Of a stretch of 64,000 bases of DNA, positions 25,859 through 38,900 are shown one piece after another. This DNA comes from Balanoglossus misakiensis (lineage: Eukaryota; Animalia; Hemichordata): the NCBI GenBank assembly GCA_040954595.2, contig CM082594.2, positions 7,026,840 to 7,090,839 of the forward strand. Reading direction: 5' to 3'. The stretch's first letter is position 1. Each line of letters begins with the position of its first letter. The notes beneath the pieces are model-generated. The model saw only the letters and a list, made by a program, of their open reading frames with translations. It searched no databases and had not been told where the DNA came from. Made by a program: the position numbers and the translations under genes.

Positions 25859-27695
25859 TATTAATTCACTAAAAAAATTGACAGGTGGGTCAAAGGTCAA
25901 ACAGTTGTAATTTTTCAACTTCTGTGAAAAGGGTATCATCTAAGCTATTTCTAACAAGACTGAACTTGGCAATGCCCACACACATCCAACACATTACACA
26001 GCACCACAATACGCATTTTCTCTACTGGATTTATTTTTTATTGATTGTTGTTCATTGTTAAGGGACAAAATTGCTCTCTGTTGACCTATTTTATGATGAA
26101 GATTTTTATGCCATTTGACTTTTTGGGTCAACATGAACATGACTGTCTGCCATCAATGCCTCTGACTGACTGAATCTTATTGAGTAATTGTAATGAGTGA
26201 CGTCGTACCTTCACTGCTCCATTGAAGACCACATGTTCCGTCGGACTTGAGTGAAGTGTTGCATCCACAATTTTCTGAAGTACAGAAAACAAAAGAAAAT
26301 CAAGTTTCAGGCTGACAAATACATGTGCACCACTAAAATGACAGAAATAAATTCTCACAAGTGGCATTTGTTAATTGAAAGAGACATAAACAAGCTAAAT
26401 TTGAACATCATGTAGACTGAAAGTTGGACAAAGGGTTTAGCCATTGGCACAGAATGACACCATATCTCCAACCCCTACACACACAATGACTACATGCATG
26501 GAGGTACCTCCATGCTACATGTGACAAAATGTTTCCAGAAATTCTGCCTGACTTGCAGACAAAATTCTGTTCAAAAGAACAGCAAAAAAACATGACTTAC
26601 CTCAAATACAATGTATTAACATCTTCAGAGAACAAGTGTGGAAAATGGGAAGGAAAAATTGAGTTTTTCACTGGGAAAATCAGAGCAAACGTGGACATGG
26701 AAAAATGTGCTCGCAACCTCAAAAGATCTGACCTAAGATTATGCATAATCTGCTGTGCTTCTATTGATAAACAAATTTTGCCTGGACAGACTGACCATTC
26801 ACAGTCTTCTGATAGGAAATTCTGCATATAGTGATTTGCATAAATTATCATGAATGCTAATTGAGAGCCAGCAGACCAGCTGTGTTAATGCACAGGAGAC
26901 AGCCAATCAGGGATCAGCATTTGTACTGAGAGCTCCTACCATTCCAATAATACAATAAAATAAAACAATTTTTGGTCAAAATTCAATTTCTCTAGAACTG
27001 CATACCATGACGGTTGAATAAATGGTTATAGCAACCATTTATAATTTATTTTGTTCATATTTATACTGTGGTGTCACAGCAAGAGAATTCATAGAAAGAT
27101 CTTTCCATTGATATGAATGTTCTTTGTGTAAAATTTTACTTTGACCAAGAAAGTTGTGATTAAAGATACATTATGAACCTCGAACCTCACAACTATATTA
27201 AATAACTCTTAATTCTCAAATGCAAACTTATCCAAATGAAGGACACTAATTTAAGGCATATATATACATAATTTGCTATTTTAGCGATGTCTGGTTTCTA
27301 TGTTAATTTGACCATTACATCAGGCTTTGGATTGTAAAGATTCACTTGAGAGTATCCAATTATACAAAGCTGATGGTCATATCACTTTACAAGTTACAGA
27401 GACAATCCAAAGATGTATTCACATCATAAGATGTGCATGCTGGCAGTGTCAAACGAAAAGGTTCAAAACTGTAAATGTTTTGTATTAATTACTACTTCCC
27501 ACATGATATACACAGTACATGAGCAGTGTTACTGAATGTGGTGGGAGTGACCCTCTTGTTTTTAGACTTCGAGTCCGTTAAAGTTCATAGGAATAATTCC
27601 TCTTCCTGCGTCAATTCCCACTGGGTTCCACACAACACGGATCCTTTATACGCAGGACATTGGGAAAGTACTCCAAGTACAATGGTTATACAAGA

Positions 27696-30600
27696 CTAGG
27701 TTTCTTGATCCTCTAGAAATTCATTGAGTGTGGCTGGGTCTATAGGGATGGTCAGGTACTGTATTCCATCTATGGCCTGGAACGAGGGACAAAAACACAA
27801 TGTGAAAATAAATCTCTACTGTCAAACAAATCAAATTTGAGACATACAAGTCTAAATTTTCAAATCCCATGGATGGTTCATTGCTGTTGCTGCGTGAAGG
27901 GCAATTGCATTCAGAATTTGCTGATATTTTCACAACCAGCACGTCTTCCAAATTCAACACACTTCTGGCCATGCTCAAACTGTCCACACTGGCCAGAATT
28001 AATTTCACTCCATTTTGTCGATTTTTAGTCCATGGGCCACCGTGGCTCCAACAAGGAGAAGTACAGCATTGAAATTTTGAACACGACGCAACGACACAGT
28101 GTATGATTCCAGCCCTCAAACAGACAACCCATGCATGATTGGCGTATATCCCGAAGAATTCACTAAACTGCAAAGTATAGGTTCACCAGTATTTACAGTC
28201 TTAAACCGAATCAGCTTGTGGTCTCGGAACTCAATCAGCTGGGCCCTCAACGTCAGATCACTGTTCACCAAGAATGCCTCCCTGCATCTCTGATACAGAT
28301 CTTGGAACGACATGCCTGCAATTCAGAACAAACATCGCAAAATATTAAACGTGAATATCTCCCTGAAAGCATGGTTGTGTCATTGAAACCCAGCTCAAAA
28401 GATAACTTCAAAAAGATGTTGTAGATTGTGAGGGGGCCCCAGGGCACAAAGTTTTTATCAGCACTTGTTTCTTCTGGATGTTTTAATTGACTGGTATTCA
28501 TAACAAATGTCTTACCTATGTACGCAGAATTATCCTTCTGTTCCAGCTGATACTTTGTAAGTAGCAAGAATATGTCTCTGTAACGAGAAACACAGCAGGT
28601 TGAATATTATCTCTACAGATCACTTTCAATCAGCATCGGGAATACTATGTGTATATGCGACTTACACTTGTAACAACATCTTAAATAGGACTAGGACTAG
28701 CCAATGCGAAATCGGTGACAAATGTGGCAAATACTATAATGTACTGATGTTGGCTCAAAAATTTACCTGGCATTGGTTGGCAGACTTCGCATCACGTGCG
28801 TCAGTGAGCTCAGAGCCAAGACACCCGATTGCTGCACCAACAGGGAGTTCTCGTAGGACGTCTCCTGTACGTAAGGTTCGTAGGTCGTGACATCACACCA
28901 CATCCAGTTGAAGCGACTCGCTTTGGTTTGGTCTATAACTGCAAAGCAGCAAGAGAGAATGAAAAATGCAAATGTGACAGGTAGAAGAAAGGTATGTGCC
29001 TGTAATTATCCAATGAATTTGCAGAGATTTGGTCACATGACTTCCATTCATTCGAACAAACTGGCCTTTCCGAGCACTTCATCAAAGAACTAGCATTTAA
29101 GCAGGTGTTTATAATGATAAGCCCTGTTGACAGATCTATTCCCATTGGCCACGCTTTGGGTTCATATTCAAGATGGCTGTGTGAAGGTGCTAGACTTCTA
29201 AAAAGGGAGTATCGCAATCATCAAATGGCGAAGAAGTTTTCATCACACTACTTACTGAGGGGTGCATTGATGTGATCGATGGACGCCACCATGTGTATTT
29301 TCGGAATCTGTGCCAGTACGCTCAATGCATTCTGTGCTTTCTCTCCTCTCAGCATCGCCCCATCAATGTTGTGGATAATCACAAAAAAGTCCTCTGAAAA
29401 CACAAGTTAAAAACCCATGAGAAATCTTTTGGTGGAACAGAAGGCAAATTTTCAGTTCAGTTAGATACTACCATTAATGGCCCTACTTTTAGAATGTAAA
29501 ATTACATGAGTGACACAATTCAGACTGCTATTAAAATGAGGCTGATATCCATACCTTCATTTTCTTCTAGATAAGTTTTTATAAATTCACATTGTTCCAG
29601 TGGACTTTTGAAGCTGCCTTTGTGTTGAAATGCTTCTTCTGTGATACTGTTCAAAATCTGAAGAAAAGAATCAAGTTTTGTTAATGTTAACATATGGCTG
29701 ATGTCTGTGTCATACACTTTACTTAAAATGTAATCCCTCGCATCATACTGAATGATTCGTTAACTTAAAACAAGCTAGTCTTCCAAAAATCGCATACAAG
29801 ACCCAAAAATAGTGTATGATGTATACCACAACATGTACTAACACACAGGCATGCAATGTACAATGATAATGTACAGACTTACGTTTTTAATTGTTATGCT
29901 TGGAAAGAATCCATTGACCACAACGTGGTTGAAATCCTTAATCATTTCTGTTCGGAAACTGTCAATCAAAAGGCATTTCGATCCCAGTCCAAATAGCAGT
30001 AGATTAAATCCATTGCTGCAAAGAATGAGAGAAAAATATGATTATACCGTAAAATTGTACATATTAACGCAGTTCAAACCAATCCAGCAAGTTCAGGTGA
30101 GCACATGAAAAAAATAATGTGACAACATGCATATCAATATATGTGACAGAAACCAAGGACATACCATAGCAGAAGCATCCATTTATTGAAGAGCTCCCTG
30201 TAGTCTTCGTAGAGCGATTGGCACTGCTCGCGGTGACTCCTGGGGGCGCTGTTCAAGACATCGTTCAACTGCTCCTGGTCCATTCTTGGTGTGTTGAGAC
30301 GCGACAGCGTTCTGTCTGAAGTGACAACCGCTCCGCTGTGTGCTTCGAAATATTCCTCCGCCATTGCCGGCTGTTTAGAAAACACACCAAGAAAAAGAAT
30401 CTAGATGTAAATGGAGGGCTTGAGTGCTAATTTACATTCAGAATAACATTTGCAGTCACAAGAAATCATTCCGGTTTAGTATCAAACAAATTGCCAGATT
30501 ATTACCTGATGAAAAGCGATTGGACTGGACACTTACCATATCCGTGTTCCCTTTCGTCTTTCTGTTGCTGGCAACTTTCACTGATACTTTTGTCGGTGTT

Positions 30601-32610
30601 TTGGATGGAGTTGTTGAACTGGGTGTCTTCGCGACCTTCGGCTGCTCCGATCGGTGAGGCGTACTACCAACCTCCAGGCTGTCATCACTGTCACTGTTGT
30701 CACTCTCGTCGGGCGATTCGTCACTCTCATCATCAATGGGCATCCGTCCTTAAAGATAAAAACGTCATGATATATGTATTATTATATTATACCAGTATAT
30801 TGATGGTGTAAATCACGCTATTTGATTGGTCGAGACATGACACGTGACTGTGATATATTAGCCATATACCACAGTCATATATCATAGTCAAAGAAAACGC
30901 CTTTTTAAAATGTTTTATGCAAAGTTTCAATATACTGGCATAATATAATAGCAATAAAACACCCCCAGCCATGGTATACCACTCGATTTTGACCAGTTCA
31001 ACTCCATATACGCACTCGCTATCGCTCATGCGTATATGTCGTGAACTGGTCAAAATCTCGTGGTATACCATGGCTGGGGGTGTTTTATTGCTTAAGCATA
31101 TACCTGAATTCACTACCCTGTGAATGTTATAACTTGTTACGAAGGTTAAGTTTGCTATGATTTTGTGACCAGGTGTACTTCATAACAACTCTATAGGGAA
31201 AAGTGGCATCACATCTGTGCTGTTTTACATGTCCTGGCCCAATTGCCCAAATAAGATAATCTGCACATATTTTCACCATAGTTTCTATATGCACTGATAT
31301 GATCCCAACATGTCAATGTTCGAAACAAGTTGTGAACATGTGATACTTACTTCTGTTTGATCTTCTCAAGCTAGACGGAGTCTTATTTTCTTCCGAGTCG
31401 TAATCTTCTTCCTTTGGCTCGGTGATTCTGACACTCTTCTTTGCTGGTGTTTTGTCAACTTTCTTGACACTGATTGATGACACAACTAGAAGAAAATGAA
31501 AGTGGTTTTCTGTCAGTAATTCTGCTTACAAAATGGACTGTTAGTCAACATCAGTGAAGTCTTTCCAAAATGTAGGGGTGAACCCAGGTGCATTTGTGCT
31601 TACCAGAAAACTTATTATATTTCACGAAGTTCTGTAATCATGAAATTATAACTACAGTTCATTTTTTTGCATCATACTTACGATTACTTTTCCTTCCCTG
31701 TGTTTTCTTGACACTGGAGGGCGTCCTACTCTGTGCCGCCAGCTCAGCCATCTTGCCGGATCTTTTGGGAGTTTTGAAAGAAAACACATCTCCACCAGAA
31801 ACCCCTGTCTCATCCACAAGAGCTGAATTTAATTAAAGAAAATTCATTCTTGATTATTTTTGACAGATTTGTATCAAGTATAATACACTAAGAGCTACAT
31901 GTACACAAATCACATGAAAGAACAGGGCCCAATCCTTTCAAAACTGTGGTGGTTCAATATGTTATCATTTGTAATCAATATATGAATTAACAATTTTGTT
32001 GCTGTTGTTCGGTTTTAGAAGTTTATTAATGGCTCTGACGTTGCCATTTTATTATTTTAAAGGTCTATTAGCAGTATAAAAGCTAATCGTAAAAAATAAA
32101 TCTACAGTGACATGAAAACACTAAGGATGCAAACTGCACTTACTGGTTGCAACAGCAGGGTCAACTTCCATGTCACTCTCTTCATCACTGTCAATTTTGA
32201 CATCTTTCAGATCAGCAGGTACAACTATAGTGGTTTCCCTTGGTTTCACTTGCTTCCTTTTTCTTAGCTGATCTAAACAGGCAAAAGGAAAACTTCACTT
32301 TTACAACACTAGTATGTAATGGACACTGTATAAATCAACACAGAAATACATGTATGTGTACATGTATTACTAATACCATGCACGTGTATACAAATGTATC
32401 TGCATGTTTTCATGTGGCCTAGTGGGTACTACTAATAAATGACTCACGTTTCTCTCCAAATATCAAGACGGTACAGAAATAATGAGAGGTCTTATAGAAA
32501 AGAGACATTTGCTTACACTTTCGCACACTGCTAATGTCTTGGATATGCTCGACAACGTCTTCGTCGCCTACGAACTGCAGCCGCACGTGTTTACTTTCAG
32601 ACGTCGCCAT
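27696..32610 (-). CDS. ORC2: Origin recognition complex subunit 2, 574 aa
   Basis: Minus-strand exons 32517-32610, 32144-32272, 31682-31822, 31351-31485, 30537-30748, 30165-30370, 29883-30015, 29555-29657, 29256-29393, 28767-28938, 28516-28577, 28197-28315, 27696-27776 total 1725 nt, are all GT-AG and phase-consistent. Motifs: [82 protein letters not shown] and winged-helix [22 protein letters not shown]. Confidence 0.96.
30781..31092. mobile_element. Bipartite palindromic non-autonomous element (TIR-bounded module abutting a 143 bp hairpin) in an ORC2 intron
   Basis: 30781-30803 ATTATATTATACCAGTATATTGA is inverted with 30927-30949. 30950-31092 is a hairpin: AGCAATAAAACACCCCCAGCCATGGTATACCAC..GATTTTGACCAGTTCA / TGAACTGGTCAAAATC..GTGGTATACCATGGCTGGGGGTGTTTTATTGCT. 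Confidence 0.8.
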
Positions 32611-32903
32611 CTTGGCTTGTCCTCATGGACCTCTTCTGTCGTTTCTTTCGTTTTCAGGAGGTATAGTGCTTTTCAAAGCTCGCAAGAAGCCGCGTTCAAA
32701 TTATTTAACAATGTTGCAGTCAATTATTCAACACTGTCATGTTTTTGTAACCTGAAAATTGTAAAGCATGGCCGCGTTTTTTGAAGACGAGACGCCAAAC
32801 GACCCACTTAGTTGCCGATGTTCATCTGTTTTGCCAAGCAATGACCTCTGTGTCAAAGGTCAGACAGCCTGCGTCAAATGCCTAGCAACAAAGTCACAAC
32901 AAA
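32611..32903. promoter_or_regulatory. Bidirectional promoter region shared by ORC2 (-) and SPAG16 (+)
   Basis: There are 293 bp between the divergent start codons. RFX X-box-like CCTAGCAAC at 32881-32889 and TTGCCAAGCAA at 32831-32841. CHR-like TTTGAA at 32780-32785 (+) and 32695-32700 (-), each beside GCCGCG. Both ATGs lie in YY1-like AAnATGGCG contexts. Confidence 0.8.
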
Positions 32904-35900
32904 ATGGCGACCGACGGGGACTCCGAGGGTGCTTACTTCCTCGAACGTATCCTTTTAGTTGAATAACTGTGACTTGATCTTCATTTTCAGGTTGAAGAAC
33001 TGTTTCTCTTTATTGTATGTATGTAGTTTCAGTAGATTTGAGGTCATGATGTTCGTAATATGTCTGTTATTCAATGATCACTGCTCGCATGATTCGTTCG
33101 TGAGATCGACTACTGTGCATTGCTATTGTTATTGAAACTGAACGCAGTCATTTGCTCGTATAATTTGACTTAACCACCCCCTTTAGAGGTGAGCATAGTT
33201 GATGACTCCGAAGACGAATTCCAATATGAAGAGGTGCCGATCGACGAAGAATTTGCTTCAGGTAAACACATAAACATAACAGTTTACATACCATAGCAAT
33301 AGCATAGCACTGCATATGCAATGCATTTGCATTGCATACTGTTTTGGCTTGGATGAAAAGCAGTTAATAAGACTCCTGTGATCTGCTGATGTAGTTTCTT
33401 GTTAACAGTTTGTCTGTTTTTATCCTCCGCAATTTGATCTTGAAAATTAATTTCCTGCAAGATAAATTTGAAAAATTAATGAGGACCTCTTAAATATTGA
33501 CTACAGGGGATGAAGATCTCGATGCAGCAGTTCGAACAATCCAGGAGGCGGCACAAGACTTGCACGCATCGGTAAGTAGAGTACAGTTATGTTTTAAGTC
33601 AATCATAAATGTGACTTTTTTTCTGCATAGTACTTCTTCACTTGTGCAAGTGTTTCCATGGTCATACATATTCATATATCTTATTTTCTGTTTACATGCA
33701 AACAGTCCAAGGAAGACAAGATACCAGGCCCATCTGTGGTGCAGCGACCCGAAGTTGTTGATGATTTTGTCCGAAACTTTCTCGTCAAGATGGGAATGAA
33801 TAAAACTCTAGATTGCTTTCAGACAGAATGGTAAGAAACACTCACTACATACATCTTAACCCTTTCACCCCCAGTTCCATCTTCAGAGGTCCAAACTTAC
33901 AATAGAAAACAATGGGTTGGGCTGAACCATGGTGGTGAAAGGGTTAAGTTAAAGACTGCTCTCACCAGGTTGCCTTTGGTGATGTAGGTAGACTACAACT
34001 ATGTGTTCCAAACTGTTGTACTAGTGTATGATCAGACTTAAATGAGAGGATGAACAGGTTAAAAGAATTCATTGCTTGAACAATAGCCCATTGTTTCCAG
34101 TATCTCAACACAGTGTTCTGTTGTGGCCTCCTTAGGTATGAACTGCAGCAGAAAGGACTCCTGAACGAGGAAGACGTGAAGACTGTCCCCGACATCTACA
34201 GCAGAAACCAACACCTGGACTACCAAGTGAAGTCGCTGCGCAAAGACGTGGTGAAGTTCAAGGGTGCGGCGTCCAAGGCCAAAGAGACCTACGAGAAACT
34301 GAGGAAGGAACGGGACTTCCACAGGATGCATCACAAGAGAGTGGTTCAGGAGAAGAATAAGTTGATCACTGACATCAAAAAGTATGTATGCAGTGTCAGC
34401 AGGTGTCAATTTCCCAAACGGTGTGCTTTGGAACTGCTCCACAAAATCTGACATAATAGTTCATCACTCTGTTTTTTTCTCTGGTCATTTTTACTGCTGC
34501 AAGGTAAAAAACTGGATGAATGAAATCTCCCCCTAAGATTTCCTGAAAACTGACATTAGCACTGGACTGTAGAATGCAAAGTTTCCAGTGTTACTTATAT
34601 ACCCTGTTTTCCAAATTGTGTCACAGCCAATATCCATCAGCAGACTGACATACATTGTTGTATTTGAACTAATGCATGTACTGATGTACCATCTCTATTT
34701 CTTGCTTATTTTTTTGATCAGGTTGAAGAAACACTACTCGGCATACGAGCCAACACTGAAGCAGTTGAAACACAAGTATGAGGTTGCCATGAAGGAGAAG
34801 ATGCTTAGTAAACTGGAAAGAGATCGAGCAGTTGGACAGGTAAAAAAAAATTATTAATATGAGAAGGTACACATCTCAAGACTTAAAGTCCTAGCTCAGA
34901 TAACTTGATTTTCAGTCTTGAGTAAAGTTTGCATTGTCTTACTGAATATTCTTATATATACTCACCAGGTCGTTGGTCTGCAGTCGACACTGAAGAACCT
35001 GGAGAGCGTGGGCAAGGACGTCAAGATGCCGGACCTCAGAATACCCAGAGAATGCATGTTCCAAGAACTGGGGCCCACGCAGAGGTCCATAGTCGAGGCC
35101 AGGCTGCAGAACGAAGCACAGATGGACATCATTAATCAACCTGTGAAAAGTCAGCTTCCTAATGTAAGTTTCAGTACCTCTCTCACCGGGCAAGAAAGCA
35201 CCCGAGGAAATTATATTTAACACTCACTCAGCCCGAGGCAAGCCTGAATCAGATCTGAGACACTAGTCATTAACATATCTAGATGCCACAATTAACAGTA
35301 AGATAAATCTTTACTTCAAATCTGACAAATAATGGTATTTCAATTTCAGGATTCAGAATTCCCCGTCGACACCCGAGTCAACCCACAGCTGCTGCTTGTC
35401 AAAGGTCCGTCTGGTCACCTCACCAGAACAGGTGGATTCCGACTCAGTAACACTATATCAGCGCATACCTTGGCTGTCAGCAAGTAAGCTATATGATATT
35501 TAACCCTTTCACCCCCATGTCCCACTGCGTGTGTTCACCTTTGCCATTCAGAACAAGTGGAAGAGACCAAGTTACAGTGATAGCAGCAAAGTGTTTTTGT
35601 AGGCTTCTGGAGGTTCGCAGGAGAGTTTCAATTTATATAATTATAACAATTCAACCATTTTTCAATTTTCTTAATTATGCCGTCTTTTTCACTTTTTTGA
35701 TAGTGACAGTATGTACCTAGAAAATGTACCACTATATTAGTATATACCACAAACAAATACCTCTGTTTTTCCTTGTCTCCTACCCAGCATCGCTCTACAT
35801 CCCCGCAAACAGATCCTGGCCACGGTCAGTGATGACCACATGTGGAAAATGTGGGCCGTGCCCAACGGCGATATCATTATGACCGGGGAGGGCCACACTG

Positions 35901-38900
35901 ACTGGATCTCGGACTGCGACTTCCATCCCAGGTAGGCTGTCACTGCACCCACCTAAAAGAAAATGGAATATTCCAAGTTGCCATGGATCTGTCCTTTATT
36001 GCAATCAACCAAAATTTGTTAATTACCGGTACTTGGCAGACATAACCCTTCATCTATATTTTAATGTAATTTATTATACTAGACAAAGTGACATTATTTT
36101 GACAGCTTGATAGATCCAATTTATATGTGTACATTAATCAAGCATGACACACACTTCCTTTGGACATTACAAAGCTGATTACGTTTTATCTGATGAAATC
36201 CATATATTATGCATCAGTTCATATTATTTCTGTTCTGCAAAATGCAACAGATTGCATTTTTATGTGTTTTACAAATGAATCTCTTCAGAAAAGAAATGGG
36301 CTGATACATAAATTGCACTGGCTATCATTTGGGGGGAAAAAATTGTGAGTAAACAGTTCCAGAATAAAACATCCCTGGGAAAGCCCTGACACCAGTTTAT
36401 AATAAATAACTGACAAAGAGAAGGAAAGCCACTATAAATGTGGGAAAAATATTGTTGTGAAAATGGGGGTCACGTGAATACACATGTACAGTAACACTCA
36501 GTATTGCTTTCTGACACTAATATATGTTTTCATTGCAGTGGTGCACAGCTGGCTACTGCTAGTGGTGACAGGACGGTGAAAATCTGGGATTTCTCAAAAG
36601 CCGAATGTGTCCATACATTTACAGATCACACACATGCTGGTGAGTGTCCATTGCATGGCTGTATGTCACAAGAATGTGCCTGTTTTTGATCATCTCCCAA
36701 AATTAAACTTAAATACTTACTATCTTTTATGTCCTAGTGTGGGGTTGTTCATTCCACTCCTGTGGCGATTTCCTGGCATCCTGCTGCATGGACAACACAT
36801 CCAAAGTGTGGGATCTCAACAGGTAAATAAGTTGTTGTTTTTTTCCTTAATACCGAAGCTTACATGTACCATTGCCTTGCTACCTTTTCACACAGATCAT
36901 TATGTCACAGTAAACTCAAAGTATTCATAGCCAACCTACAAGTAAATATAAATACACAGAGCAAAACAGCATTATTTCAGGTTGCAGTGCTCACTGTTTC
37001 ATGGTACATGTAAACACTCACTCACACATGCCTGTTTCTGTCTGGTTTCACAGCTTACGTTGTCGCTACACACTCCGAGGTCATGCCGATTCTGTGAACA
37101 GTATCATGTTCCTGCCGTATTCCAATACACTGCTGACTTCATCCGCTGATAAGACCCTGTCACTATGGGATGGAAGAACAGTAAGTTACAAGCAGCTAGA
37201 ATGTGACCAAATCAATGACATCATACATTTATTTGCCCAAGCAGTTTAACTCTCCTTGACTGTCAGCTATGTACAAAATTCCATGAAAATGACAAGTGGG
37301 TTTTCCAGCAATACTAAGTGTAATCCTGTGGGAAGAGACAAATTCAATGTGATTCATACGGCATACACATCCTCGAGTATTAAACCAAAGGCAAAAACAG
37401 TGCAAGGAATTCTCATATTGTACTGTGGCTTGTACCTGAATTGAAGTCAACTAGCTTTCACTGCTGCTAGTCACAATCAGGTACTAAGGCATAATACGTC
37501 GTAATGATGTAAGTTCAAGACAGAGCGATACAAAGCTTTGATATAAAATGACCCCCTTTGCGGCATAACTCGTTTCTTATTGCTGTGCTGTGCGCTATTT
37601 GCTTTTGTCCGCCCGGGCCCGCATTGATAAGCCTAACTGCTTACTGATTGAGATTGATGTTTCTATGAGGGCCAGGTGTAAAAAAATAGCGTCAAGGACA
37701 CTGTGGTCCCATTTGAGGACATAGCACATAGCAACATAGCAATAAGCATATCTGCTCTCGATGCAAAGATATGTAAAAGTAGGTCAAAGGTCACCTGAGG
37801 TCATGCAAAATTTGGGCAAGAAATTTTGACCCTATACTGGTCCATGTTCAACAAAAAACAAACCTATAGCCCTATTGGTTAGCCTGGAATTAGGTATGCA
37901 CATAATTAATGAGATATGCAGGTGTAACAGGTGACCCCCAATTTTGGCTTTTCAATTTTAGTCCCAACCCTCCAAACGCCAAGTCTGTACCTGCTCTGGA
38001 TGCCAAGATATGATAAAGTAGGTCAAAGGTCACCTGAGGTCATGCAAAATTTGGGCAAGAAATTTTGACCTTATACTGGTCCATGTTCAATAAAAACAAA
38101 ACCTATAGCCTTATTGGTTAGCCTGGAATTAGGTATGCACATAATTAATGAGATATGCAGGTGTCACAGGTGACCCCCAATTTTGGCTTTTCAATTTTAG
38201 TCCCAACCCTCAAAACGCCAAGTCTGTACCTGCTCTGGATGCCAAGATATGGAAAAGTAGGTCAAAGGTCACCTGAGGTCATGCAAAATTTGGGCAAGAA
38301 ATTTTGACCCTATACTGGTCCATGTTCAACAAAAACCAAACCTATAGCCCTATTGGTTAGCCTGGAATTAGGTATGCACATAATTAATGAGATATGCAGG
38401 TGTCACAGGTGACCCATATTTTGGCTTTTCAATTTTAGTCCCAACCCTCCAAACGCTAAGTCTGTACCTGCTCTGGATGCCGAGATATAGGAAAGTAGGT
38501 CAAAGGTCACCTGAGGTCACCCAAAATTTGGGGAAGAAATTTTGACCCTATACATGTCCATGTCTCACAAGAACGAAACCTCTAGCCCTATTAGTTAGCC
38601 CGGAATTAGGTATGCACATAATTAATGTGTTAAGCAGGTGTTACAGGTGAGCCCAAAAATTTGCCTTTTATTTTGGCCCCATTGTGCTCACTGACCAATA
38701 GACAGTCACTGTACAGGACTATTGCACAGACCAGAATTCCACAATAAGACGTGGACATAGCTTAACCATAGAGGTATAAGTAAAGGTATAAATTTAACAA
38801 AAGGCTAAAAAATTCATAAAAAATAAAACATCCATGATATCAACTTAACACTTACAGGTCGATGTGAGGTTGACATAAGGTACATGCATACCAATTGTCA

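Larger units (their letters stand above)
22300..26620 (-). ncRNA. Candidate spliced non-coding transcript (or spliced 3' extension of ORC2) on the minus strand
   Basis: A chain of consensus minus-strand splice and polyA signals: donor GAG|GTAAGT at 26600, acceptor at 26275, acceptor at 25869, donor GTATGT at 25674, donor AGG|GTAAGT at 22705, acceptor at 22489, and AATAAA at 26030-26035 and 22319-22324. No long ORF. Supported by signals only; the 5' extent is unknown. Confidence 0.35.

Noticed and set aside
26300-26415. Possible C/D snoRNA in the candidate minus-strand intron
   Set aside because: Box C is imperfect (ATGATGT), there is no terminal stem or recognisable guide, and the D box is too close to the acceptor.
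27721-28173. 150 aa minus-strand ORF
   Set aside because: It is mostly the last ORC2 intron and overlaps the final exon in a different frame.
32768-32962. ORF MAAFFEDETP... as the SPAG16 start
   Set aside because: Different frame. The ATG at 32904 gives the conserved YFLEQV motif after U12 splicing. At most this is an upstream overlapping ORF.
37753-38660. Retrozyme/hammerhead array in the 239 bp tandem repeat
   Set aside because: No CTGANGA...GAAA catalytic core was found on either strand.
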